Counted from the first letter of the stretch, positions 12,963 through 28,038 are shown. The stretch: DNA of 64,000 nucleotides from the human T2T-CHM13v2.0 reference genome, Homo sapiens (GCF_009914755.1 NC_060930.1); one strand, 5' to 3'. Made by a program: numbers and translations. The notes: a model not told the origin generated them from the sequence alone.

Positions 12963-14719
12963 TGTCTGCCTCCAATTCTGGCCTTTAATAAATGAAAGTC
13001 ATTTGAGTTTCCATAAATATTTCTTTATAGGTTATAAATTTGGTCTTATCAACTATTCATATAATATAGTCATGCCTCTGATCAAGAGGGAATCATACAT
13101 TAATAAGCTTTGATCATGTAAATATAAACAGAAGATAGATAAATTTATTCCAACCGTATTGTGAATGCTCACCAATGTTTGGTCATCCGTCCCATATATC
13201 TTTAACTGAATTCTAATCATATTCCAAACAAAAACATAAATATTCTTTACTTCACACACACTATTTTGTTATCATTAGGAAAGCGGCTTCTCAGGAGTTA
13301 TATAATGAGATGGAAGAAAATTCCAGCATTTCTGATTTACCTTCAGGTACCAATACGAAAAGACCATGACTTTCAAAATTCACATGGAAAATAAAATGAT
13401 AAGAATATTCAGCTTTTAGAAGTGTAGTCTCTAAAGCTTTAATACAACTTACAATTCTTTTTTTAAAAATGTTATTGTACACAGAGATAATATCCTTATA
13501 AAACCATAACAGCAAAATTAAATGGCCAATATAAATTCCCAGAACAGCCAAAGAGAAAATGAAATGAAAATAAAATTTGTGTTATTGGGTTTCTCATTCA
13601 GAGCAAAGCTGTTCTGTTTCTGCAATATTTGGAAGCTATAAGAAAGTTCTTCACACAACTGTTTTATCATTTAAATTTGCAAAATATATCTGACAAATCC
13701 TGAGGAGACAGAGAAGACAAAATTGAAGTTCACTGAGAGACAGAAAGCTCCCGCCAACAGAGACGCTAATCCTGCAGTTTTACCGAGGGGTTTTGCATCT
13801 GCTGAAGGAGTTTAACACCGTGCTTCTCTGAAATCTCTAAAGCAACACTTTCTGAGGTAAGGCTTCTGTGTGCAATTCCAGGGACATATTCTCTCAGCAA
13901 GCAACGCAGATGCAGATAAAGAACGTTATCCCCCAGCTGAGTTTGAAAAAGAAGACCTGATGTTTGAAGACACTAAGAAGATTAAAGCATTAGATTTTTT
14001 TTTAAGCTTCAAAACGACTATCTTCCAGATGGTCCTTATTGAGAGAAGGGAGTTTGTTGGTTTTAAATGTATAAGATAAGAAACCTTAGACTCCCAGGAT
14101 GTGACTCTCACTGAACATGACTTTTATTTTGGTTTCCTGAGTAAAGCCCTTGACTGTGGCAGCCGATACCAAGTGGAGAAACAGAGCAGTTTCAGAGAAA
14201 CTTCGTAGTCCTTCTTGCCTAGGTCAAGCCAGAACCCAGAGGGGCACTAAAATGCCAAGCCCTTGCCAGAGGTTGTCAGCGTGATTCAAACAGCAGCAAC
14301 TGCAGAGTTTAAGACATGTGAAAAATAAATCCCTCATCACTCCCACCAGCTCACTCAGTGTTCTCTCTGTCAGTTATGTAGGCAGAATGAAGGGGAAAGC
14401 CTGGTTTTATTGATGTGTTCATAAGACAAGGTCTAAAGGCCACACTATCTAAGCAGTTGAGGTGGAACTTATACCCAAGGAGGTGAGAAAGAGGGTGGTT
14501 TCAGGTAGCACAAAGAACACAAGTAAGGTTGAAGGTGGAAGGGCTTCATTGAAACTTCAGTCAGGTCTCTGCTAAAACACCACTTTCTCAGAGCAGCCCA
14601 GCTCACAGGAGAGAGTGCCACCCCTCACTCTCTACTCTTGCTCTGCTTAATTTGTCTCTGTAGCACTTATCACTCCCTAGAGTTGTATTATAAATTTCTC
14701 TGTCTGTTGATTTATTTGT

Positions 14720-15492
14720 CTATTCACCATCTCTTCACTGATTACCTACTCTGGCAGACCTATTCTAGGCACTGGGATTACAGCACTGTATTAAACAAGT
14801 GCCTGCTCTTAGGGAACTTGTATTCCAGTTAGGGTTGAAGAGAAAGACTGACAATGAGGAAATCAACAAGTAAATCCAATGTCTGCCAGATAACGATCGG
14901 TGCTCTAGGGAAAAAGCAGGAAAGGAGGGTAAGAGAAGACAGAACCTGGAGAGTGGGAGTTTATCAGAATCATCAGGAAGAACTCGCTGAAAAGACAGCA
15001 TGTGGACAGAGTGCTTCAGGAAGTGAGGGGAAGACACACGTGGCCATCTGGAAGGGAACAGTGTTCCAGGCAGTACAGACAGCAAGTGCAAAGGCCCTGA
15101 GGCAGAAACATGCTAGGTGTGTTCCAGGAGCCATCGGGGGGGCAGTGGACCAGGGAAGAGGAGGTGGAGAGTGAGGGTGATGAGGTCAGAACAACATTGA
15201 AGTGCCAGATCATACAGAGCTGTTTTAAAGACTTTGCCTTTATTTTTTAGCGAGATGGGAAATCATTGGTCGAGGGTCACAAGACAAAATATAGAATGCT
15301 CTGTAAATTTGAACTTCAAGTAGAAAATAGTTTTTTTTAGTACAAGCATATCCCAAATATTACATGAAACATACTCACACTAAAAAAGTACTATTGTTTA
15401 TCTGAAATTTGAATTTAATTGAGTGTCTTGTATTTTTATTTGCTAAATCTGGCAGCCTTCTATTGGAGGGTTTTGAGCAGACTGACAAAATT
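14720..15492 (-). mobile_element. L2 LINE (host of MER53 and the full-length L1), left part
   Basis: TTCTAGGCACTGGGATTACAGC...GTGCAAAGGCCCTGAGGCAG...GACTTTGCCTTTATT...GGAGGGTTTTGAGCAG; continues at 21803. Confidence 0.75.
15272..15459. mobile_element. MER53 palindromic hAT MITE
   Basis: AAATTTGAACTTC...TTTTAGTACAAGCATATCCCAAATATTACATGAAACATACTCACACTAAAA...TTGCTAAATCTGGCAGCC; near-TSD ATCATTGG/TCTATTGG. Confidence 0.85.
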
Positions 15493-15505
15493 TGGCTTAG
15501 GTTTT

Positions 15506-15642
15506 ATTTTTTTATTTTTTATTTTATAATACAATATTTTTGTTTTATTTTGACCCATAAATAATCATCATTTTGATTATTTACTACACACAGTTGGTGG
15601 TTTTCAGGTACAAAATCCTTTCTACCCAATCAGATTTTCTTC
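15506..15642 (-). other. L1 3' transduction (non-L1 DNA plus second poly(A) tail) inside the L1 TSD
   Basis: Lies between the left TSD (15493-15505) and the L1 T-tail (15643-15655); AATAAA on minus strand at 15544-15549, ~18 nt before an A-rich tail at 15506-15525. Confidence 0.85.
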
Positions 15643-15863
15643 TTTTTTTTTTTTTATTATTATACTTTAAGTTTTAGGGTACACGTGCACAATGTGCAGG
15701 TTAGTTACATATGTATACATGTGACATGCTGGTGTGCTGCACACATTAACTCGTCATCTAGCATTAGGTATATCTCCCAATACTATCCCTCTCCGCTCCC
15801 CCCACCCCACAACAGTACCCAGAGTGTGATGTTCCCCTTCCTGTGTCCATGTGTTCTCATTGT

Positions 15864-19702
<3,839 letters not shown>

Positions 19703-19750
19703 TTATTTTGCTTGTTAGTTCATGCAGTTTCTTCCTAGTCTTGATGGTCT

Positions 19751-20753
19751 TTACATTTTGGCATGATTTTGCAGCGGCTGGTACCAGTTTTTCCTTTCCA
19801 TGTTTAGTGCTTCCTTCAGGAGCTCTTTTAGGGCAGGTCTGGTGGTGACAAAATCTCTCAGCATTTGCTTGTCTGTAAAGGATTTTATTTCTCCTTCACT
19901 TATGAAGCTTAGTTTGGCTGGATATGAAATTCTGGGTTGAAAATTCTTGGCTTTAAGAATGTTGAATATTGACCCCCACTCTCTTCTGGCTTGTAGAGTT
20001 TCTGCCGAGAGATCCACTGTTAGTCTGATGGGCTTCCTTTTGTGGGTAACCTGAACTTTCTTTCTGGTTGCCCTTAACACTTTTTCCTTCATTTCAACTT
20101 TGGTGAATCTGAAAATTATGTGTCTTGGAGTTGCTCTTCTCAAGGAGTATCTTTGTGGCATTCTCTGTATTTCCTGAATCTGAATGTTGGCCTGCCTTCC
20201 TAGATGGGGGAAGTTCTCCTGGATAATATCCTGCAGAGTGTTTTCCAACTTGGTTCCATTCTCCCCGTCACTTTCAGGTACACCAATCAGATGTAGATTT
20301 GGTCTTTTGACATAGTCCCATATTTCTTGGAGGCTTTGTTCATTTCTTTTTATTCTTTTTTCTCTAAACTTCCCTTCTTGCTTCATTTCATTCATTTCAT
20401 CTTCCATCACTGATACCCTTTCTTCCAGTTGATCGCATCTGCTCCTGAGGCTTCTGCATTCTTCACATAGTTCTCTTGCCTTGGCTTTCAGCTCCATCAG
20501 GTCCTCTAAGCACTTCTCTGTATTGGTTATTCTAGTTATACATTCATCTAAATTTTTTTCAAAGTTTTTAACTTCTTTGCCTTTGATTTGAATTTCCTCC
20601 TGTAGCTCGTAGTTTGATCGTCTGAAGCCTTCTTCTCTCAACTCATCAAAGTCATTCTCCGTCCAGCTTTGTTCCATTGCTGGTGAGGAACAAAGGAGGA
20701 GAAGTGCTCTGCTTTTTAGAGTTTCCAGTTTTTCTGCTCTGTTTTTTCCCCAT
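19751..20753 (-). pseudogene. L1 ORF1 with N-terminal frameshift; 308 aa open from an internal ATG at 20677
   Basis: Canonical ATGGGGAAAAAACAG at 20753; net ~11 bp deletion near 20690; downstream frame has REKRIKRNEQSLQEIWDYVKRPNL and YPAKLS motifs. Confidence 0.93.
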
Positions 20754-21789
20754 CTTTGTGGTTTTATCTACTTTTGGTCTTTAATGATGCTGATGTACAG
20801 ATGGGTTTTTGGTGTGGATGTCCTTTCTGTTTGTTAGTTTTCCTTCTAACAGACAGGACCCTCAGCTGCAGGTCTGTTGGAGTTTGCTAGAGGTCCACTC
20901 CAGACCTTGTTTGCCTGGGTATCAGCAGTGGTGTCTGCAGAACAGTGGTTTTTCATGAACTGCGAATGCTGCTGTCTGATTGTTCCTCTGGAAGTTTTGT
21001 CTCAGAGGAGTACCCAGCCGTGTGAGTTGTCAGTCTGCCCCTACTGGGGGGTGCCTCCCAGTTAGGCTGCTCAGGGGTCAGGGGTCAGGGACCCACTTGA
21101 GGAGGCAGTCTGCCCATTCTCAGATCTCCAGCTGCATGCTGGGAGAACCACTGCTCTCTTCAAAGCTGTCAGACAGGGACATTTAAGTCTGCAGAGGTTA
21201 CTGCTGTCTTTTTGTTTGTCTGTGCCCTGCCCCCAGAAGTGAAGCCTACAGAGGCAGGCAGGCCTCCTTGAGCTGTGGTGGGGTCCACCAAGTTGGAGCT
21301 TTCTGGCTGCTTTGTTTACCTAAGCAAGCCTGGGCAATGGTGGGCGCCCCTCCCCCAGCCTCACTGCCACCTTGCCGTTTAATCTCAGACTGCTGTGCTA
21401 GCAATCAGCGAGACTCCGTGGGCGTAGGACCCTCTGAGCCAGGTGTGGGATATAATCTCCTGGTGCGCCATCTTTTAAGCCCGTTGGAAAAGCGCAGTAT
21501 TCAGGTGGGAGTGACCCGATTTTCCAGGTGCCATCTGTCACCCCTTTCTTTGACTAGGAAAGGGAACTCCCTGACCCCTTGTGCTTACCAAGTGAGGCAA
21601 TGCCTCACCCTGCTTCCGATCGCGCACGGTGCACTGCACCCACTGACCTGCGCCCACTGTCTGGCACTTCCTAGTGAGATGAACCCAGTACCTCAGATGG
21701 AAATGTAGAAATCACCCGTCTTCTGCTTCGCTCATGCTGGGAGCTGTAGACTGGAGCTGTTCTTATTCGGCCATCTTGGCTCCTCCCCC
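20754..21789 (-). promoter_or_regulatory. L1 5'UTR internal sense and antisense promoter, YY1 site intact
   Basis: CAAGATGGCC (reverse complement at 21769-21778); many CpGs decayed to TG/CA. Confidence 0.85.
21337..21708 (+). CDS. L1 antisense ORF0, open, 123 aa (expression unknown)
   Basis: GCAATGG start; MVGAPPPASLPPCRLISDCCASNQRDSVGVGPSEPGVGY matches ORF0 as I recall it. Confidence 0.6.
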   Translation: MVGAPPPASLPPCRLISDCCASNQRDSVGVGPSEPGVGYNLLVRHLLSPLEKRSIQVGVTRFSRCHLSPLSLTRKGNSLTPCAYQVRQCLTLLPIAHGALHPLTCAHCLALPSEMNPVPQMEM

Positions 21790-21802
21790 TGGCTTAGGTT
21801 TT

Positions 21803-22270
21803 AAATAGGATTGGTCTGGTTGCTGAGGTAAGAATAGACAGTAGGGGGGTCAAAGTAGAAGCAGTGAGACCCCTTAGGAGACTATCACATAATCCAAGAT
21901 GTTGAGGTCTTTCCCAATGCTGAGGGAGGGAAGGAAAGAAGGAAAGAAGGGGAGGGAGGGAGGGAAGGTACTTCAGCTTGAGTAGAGTGTGGAGCAAAAC
22001 TTAAAGTGGGCCAAGGGGAATTATTGCTGGAAATGTCCTTTGAGGCCAGATCAGGGCAGGCTTTTAATGCCACACAAGAGATTTGTACTTCATGTTTTAG
22101 GACATGGAAAGCCCTTAGAGGTTTTGGAGAAGGTGAATACCATCAGACCTGGTCTTAGAAGGACACTCTGCTACCACTGTGTTAAAGAGGGTAGATAGCA
22201 GAGACAGGGAAACCAGTTCCAGGGCTGCACAACCTCTGGTTTAGAGATGCTGAGGCCTGAACATGTGCAG
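21803..22270 (-). mobile_element. L2 continuation and adjacent L2 fragment
   Basis: AAATAGGATTGGTCTGGTTGCTG...GAAGCAGTGAGACCCCTTAGGAGACTATCAC joins seamlessly with the sequence left of the L1 TSD. Confidence 0.65.
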
Positions 22271-23147
22271 GGCCTGCGAGCTTGCTCTTCATTAGCCCTA
22301 GAAAGATGTTCGTCTTTATCAATAGCCCCAGTACCAAAAGTATTAAATGTATCTGGGCTCCTGAAATGAAAAACAAAACAGGTAGAGATTCACACTTCTC
22401 AAAAACTCACTGATCTAAGAAATGAGAAGACCTGCTCCTTCTTGCATTCAACCCTCCACGGAAATATGCACACCCATCTGCACACCTGGAACTCTTTGTG
22501 CCCCACACATGCCAGCGTGCTCACAGATAAGTCATCAGAAATGGAGGAACAGAGTTGATTTTCATGAAACTATTTGATGATGACCCATCCCAAACCCCTG
22601 TTTGAAACCCTCCAGCAGATTCACCCAAGATTAGAGAATGCTCAGTGGTCTAACTCCTGCACAGGGGCCTTGGTAGCAGCCCCACCAGTGCCCACTTCAG
22701 GGCATTTGTCATGTGAGGGGGGCTCACCATTCTTCACATTCTGGGAGAGGCCTTTGACTATGGTAGCCTCCTCACCTCTCCCCACCTGCCTCTCCTACTC
22801 TGCCCAGAAGAGGAGAAAAGATCTATCTGATTGGTGAGTTTGGGAGGGAAAAAACAAGGCTCCTTGGCTCAGCCTCTTCTCTCCTTCCTGGAGGCACCAT
22901 TTCTTCCCCTTCATATGCCCCCAGTACCAGCAGCTGTCAGCTGCGACAGGGACTAGGCAGGTAGGTCTAACTCAAAAGCAAGGTATTAGCAAGCCTGCAT
23001 GGCCACAGCTGCAATGCTGCATTTTCCAGCCCAGTGTTAGCAGTAACAGACACAGTATTTTGCTCTGCATCTTTCTGGGTCCACTATTCTTCTCTTAATT
23101 GGTTCTAAACTCAGAAAAGGAAGAGAGAGCTGCTCTTTCACCCCTTT

Positions 23148-23520
23148 ATATTAGTAGGGCAAAGGCTAAGTTGCTGTAACAGTGGCCCAAGAGGTCAGTG
23201 GCTTAAATAAGACAGAAGTGTGTTTGCCTCACACACAGCAGAGGTGAGCAGTCTAGACTGGCGGCAGGTTCCACTTCACACACTCTTTGGGGACCCAGGT
23301 TCTCCATCTCAGGTCCTGGCATCCCCAGTGTTAGCCTCACAGGCATGACGAAGTCTGGGTCACACTGCCCATCCATCACAGCCCACAGGAAGGGAGATGA
23401 GAGGATAGAGGAGCAAGTGCCCAGTGTCATAAGGCCATGGCCTAGAGGTGGTACGTGTCACTTCCACTTCCCTTCAAACCCAGTACTACGGCCAAAGCTG
23501 CCTGTGAGGACAAAGGACAT
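23148..23520 (-). mobile_element. Old MLT1 (K-like) LTR
   Basis: TATTAGTAGGG...GCTAAGTTGCTGTAACA...CAGTGGCTTAAATAAGACAGAAGT. Confidence 0.6.
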
Positions 23521-25000
23521 CTCTAGCTCGGTGGCTCCACCCGCCCAGCCACTCCACCTCTCATTTCTTCAGATGATTCACTGATTCCAGCATTCACCGT
23601 GTCCTTTCACAAGATAGAATAATAACATCCACATAGCTGCACAATGCCGGGCTGGATGGAGCATCATTGAAGAGCATGGTCATTCTTGGACAATGTCATT
23701 ATGAGGAAGCAGCTCCTTCATCCTGCCCCTTCTCAATGGGGCTGCACGGGGCTCTTCCTGACCATTCTACGGGGCGAAGAAGCTGAGTTTTCACCACCTA
23801 GCAGCCATGAGTGGGAGCCAGGTCTCAGCCTTGCCTGACACATAGAAGGCACTTGGCGATATGTAGAGCACTGAATAAATGAGTGGGTGGGTGGGTGGGT
23901 GTGGGATCAGTCCTCTTCCCAGGCTGATGCTTGCTCTTGCGGGCTATGCCAAATCACTGTGCCTCTTCAGAAGCAGGCCATCCCTGGGTAGGAACACTCT
24001 GAGGCATGGCCAGCAAGAAATAAGACCAGAGAAAGCATGGTCAAATAAGCACAGATAAATAAATAAATAAAAAATTTAAAAACCTTAGCTCTTTGTTTTC
24101 TTTGTTGTGGAGAGCCCTGCCATAAAAATGACACTGGGCTTATTCTCTCCAGTATCTACATGTTTTAGAAAATCCCCTTTCTGAAGTCTTTTCTGTCTGA
24201 TGTTGGCTATTTCTCTGAGATTTATGTCATAAAGGCAGACAAACAACAAGGGTCTGTCTGTGCCTCATGGTGGAGAGTGTGTCTGTGTGCACAGGCAGGC
24301 CCCGGGTGGACTGGTTATCAACCTGCCGGGGATGCAGCCCTGACTAAGCTGGCATTTTGATTGCAGCCGCCGAGAGAGAACTCACCATTTGTTGACTAGA
24401 GATTGAGATTTTCCAGTCCTCAACTAGGACAAACCAAGATGCTCTTGTAGCATGCTGAGCTTCACTGACAAGTTCCATGCCCCAGTTTTCCCTCTTATGA
24501 AAGAAGGTCAGGTACCAATTCACCATGTAGAGCTGTTTTGAAGAAAAATTAAATAAAAAGACATGGCAGGTAACTCCAATCTCCCAGGCCCCGCTTGAGG
24601 TCTGCCTCATTCCTCTCATTCTTTTACCCTATGTGACCCCATTTTTTATGCTACTGATCTATCAAAGCAGCTGAGATCCCATAAGAAGAATAATCCCACC
24701 TTCTGAGCTACCATCCAAAGAAGTTCATGGAGTGCACAGTGTTAGGAGGATCCCAAAAGGCTGTAAATTCATAGGTCTGCCTTCTTGGTAATGTCCTTTA
24801 ACAGACTTTTAAAACCTCCCTCTTACAAAAGAACTTGTCTTAGTGAGCAGGTAAGAAGCCTGAGGAAGAAAGGAGATTTCAGTGGAATTGATTTCATCTT
24901 CCTAAGTACCCCTGGAGTCCAAAGATCAAGCCACAAGTGCTACAAAGTAAAAGGTAGCATTACCTTGCATTTGGAGACACTCTCATCCTGCCGTGAATCA

Positions 25001-25138
25001 GAAAGAAGGTAAGGAGGGAGGGAAGGAAGGAAGGGAAGTGAGGAACAAAAGAAGGGAGGAAAGAAGGAAGGAAGGAGAGGGAGGGAGGGAGGAAAGGCAG
25101 GCAGGCAGGCAGGCAGGCAGGAAGGAAGGAGAGGGAGG
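25001..25138 (+). repeat. GA-rich simple repeat (GGAA/GGAG/GGCA)
   Basis: Direct reading. Confidence 0.9.
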
Positions 25139-25785
25139 ATTTTATTTCTCTGTTCCCACTGGCCTCTTCTTCAGGGCAGACTTTGCTGCAGCCTTCTCCA
25201 GCTCAGGCACTGACACTGGCTTAGCTGGGCCCTAACACTTGGCTGCTGGGTGCCCCAGAGGATTTAGAAGGCACAGGGCCCTCTCCCTCCTCTAACTCGC
25301 CCTCAGGCTATGGGTCCAGAGAGCATTACCACCAAGGAGGAAAAAGAGAAATTTGGGGAACCCGAGAGACCGAGATCGCTGAAATCTGAGACCAGAATGC
25401 TATGACCTCTGCTTGTTTGTTGTAAGCGCCTGAGCACAGGCTCTCCACTTGCTGTGAAAGGCCATATTTATCTCCTCAGAAGGCAAACATTTTGTACCTA
25501 ACCAAGAGAGAATTTTCTTCTTAACACAGTTCTGCAGGAGGAAGCCAAGCTCTCCCTCTGAGAGGTCTGAGTATTGTGCGTCGAGTACTCTCCCGAACCC
25601 TTCTGCTCCTCATCCATTGCAAACAGCCCTGAACAGCATCAGGTTTGAAACTGACCCCTCGAGTTTCTGGTTCTCCCAGCCGTTTCGGGGCCAGGGGCAG
25701 GGAACAACATGTTTCTCACCCCACCCTAGAATGGACCCACTCTAAATGGAGAGGCAGACAGACAAAGCCCCTTAGGTGTAGTATG

Positions 25786-25900
25786 GTGGTTCTTAGGCTC
25801 TGCGGCATATCAGAATCACCAGAGGAAAAGTTTACCACCCTGACAACCAGGCCATCCCAGACCAACTAAGCCAGGATCTCTAGGGCTGGGACTAGTCCCC
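25786..25900. mobile_element. MER5-like hAT fragment
   Basis: GGTGGTTCTTAGGCTCTGCGGCATATCAGAATCACC...CCCAGACCAACTAAGCCAGGATCTCTAGGG. Confidence 0.55.
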
Positions 25901-26104
25901 CCAGGTTCACACAGGAAGTCTCCTTAGATGTTTTTCAAGGTATGGATATCCCATCGCAGTAACAAAGAGAGCTAGCAATGGGATGACTGCACATCTTCAT
26001 TCTGTCTCCCCTCCTGAGCCCTCTCCCAGCAACAGCTGAGGCCCCTGGCATCCTCAGGCACTGGCCAGCCAATAATTTGGGATTGGAAACACTGATCTAG
26101 TAAG

Positions 26105-26340
26105 ACAATAATAATGTTAATAACAACTGCCATGTGCTCTGAACCTGGCATTCTATGAAGAGCCTTTACAAATAGCAGCAAATTCAATCTTCTAAAAACT
26201 TTAGACAGTGCTCTCCCAGTTTGGGAAACAATCTCCAGGAAGTTAACTGACTGCCATGTCACACAGCTATTAAATAAAAGTGCCAGAATTCCAACTCAGC
26301 TCAACTGCACCCATGGTCTGAGCTTTTTAACCATTTTGCC
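26105..26340 (-). mobile_element. MIR SINE
   Basis: GAAGTTAACTGACTGCCATGTCACACAGCTA...GCCAGAATTCCAACTCAG. Confidence 0.65.
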
Positions 26341-26463
26341 TCAAATGTCCCATATTTTCTTTATTGATATCCAATGACCTGAACCTACCACTTTCCAAAA
26401 GTCAGTTCTCAAAAACAAAAAACAAAGAAGCAAAAACAAAAAACAACAAAAAAAAAAACAAGT

Positions 26464-26563
26464 AGAAGTTAGGAGAGAAACATGGAGCAGGGTCTCCCTT
26501 ACAGCCTCCAGTAGGAGCCAACCCTGCCAATACCTTGATTTTGAACTTCTGGGCTCCACTACT
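26464..26563 (+). repeat. 100 bp local copy of part of the downstream MLT1C LTR (27861-27960)
   Basis: 95/100 identical by hand alignment; sits within an (A/C)-rich tract. Confidence 0.9.
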
Positions 26564-27239
26564 AAGAGGCCACAACAACAAACAAACAAAAAAACAGTTT
26601 ACCAAAAGCTAATTTGCTAACTTATCAAGTTATCAAAAATGTCCACAAACCATCTCCAGAGATTATAGCCATATTGGTGCATAGGTGGTTTCAACAGATT
26701 TTGGAGATTTTTGCCCCAATATTTAGTTTTGATATCTCCAGCCTGTAGAGAGATAGGCAGAGGCCTTGGCCCTCCACAGCAATAGCCTTTTGCTGCTGAG
26801 GCTGGCTCCACAGCATGTCTGTCCTGCTTCATCTGCTCAAATGCCCCCAACCCCAACCCCAGCTCTTGGCCACACTAAGAAAGGAAGAAGGTGAGAGAGA
26901 GAGGTTCCTCTAAGCAGGGTCACAGAGCAATGCCACTCAAGCCAGCTCTCCTAGACTTAGAAGAAGTTTTTTTCTCTGTCAGTTTGAGGTAAGCCAGTTC
27001 TTCATTAAATTGATTTTCAATGAATTGACAAGAACCCTCCAGTTGAAACCCCTATGCGCTATTGTGGCATCCTGTCACTGCCTAAGGTGAGTATTTGTTA
27101 TGCTGAACTATAAATGCTTGTTTACTTCCCTCCTGCTTCTTTACTTCCCTCCTGCTGTGACCTTGAGGGCAGGGACCCCTCCATCCCCACCCTTTCACTT
27201 TTGTATCTCCATCACCTGACACAGTAGCTCCCTTATTGT

Positions 27240-27368
27240 TAGGAACCATAAAAAGTATCATTCAAATCAGGAATGAGAGTGAGAGTGGGGGCTAACTCGA
27301 TGGGATACTAGGACAACTGGCATAAACCAAGGCTGTCCTGAGAAATACAGAGCAGGATCGCTCACCTT
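27240..27368 (+). mobile_element. MER94-like hAT MITE
   Basis: TATCATTCAAATCAGGA...GAGAGTG...GGACAACTGGCATAAACCAAGGCTGTCC...TCACCT. Confidence 0.55.
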
Positions 27369-27581
27369 GTAGTAGACACTCCAGTGCTGGTTGGATTCAT
27401 TAAATCAAGAACCTTGCATTATATGAACCAGCTCGTTGTGTGAAGGTGCTTGTCCCACATCTACTCTCAATGCCTGGTGCCACTGAAGGGCACCTGGCAT
27501 GGAGCAAGCACTCCATAGATACCTTTTGAACTGAACTAATGCACCTTATTAAAACACTTATGTAGTTGGCGTCAAGGATGG

Positions 27582-28038
27582 TGTTGTGGGTTACACTGTG
27601 TTCCCCCAAAAGATAGGTTCACGTCCTAACTCCTGGTGATGATGACGTGACCTTATTTGAAAATAGAGTCTTTGCAGATGTAATTAAGGTAACGTGAGCT
27701 TGTATTGATCTAGGATGAATCCGAATCCAATGAAGGATATCCTTACAGGAAGACAGGCATTAGACATAGGCACACAGCAGAGAATACTGGGTGAAGACAG
27801 GCAGATGTGGGGGTGATGGATCTCCAAGACAAAGAACACCAAGGATTGCCAGCAACCAGCAGAAGTTAGGAGAGAGACATGGAGCAGGTTCTCCCTTACA
27901 GCCTCCAGTAGGAACCAACCCTGCCAACACCTTGATTTTGAACTTCTGGCCTCCACTACTGTGAAAGAATCAATTCCTATTGTGTCGAGCCATCCAGTTT
28001 GTGGTAACTTGTTACAGCAGCCACAGGAAACGAATACG
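27582..28038 (+). mobile_element. MLT1C-like solo LTR
   Basis: TGTTGTGGGTT..CTGTGTTCCCCCAAAAGATA...GTGACCTTATTTGAAAATAGAGTCTTTGCAGATGTAATTAAG...GTTACAGCAGCCACAGGAAACGAATAC. Confidence 0.9.
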
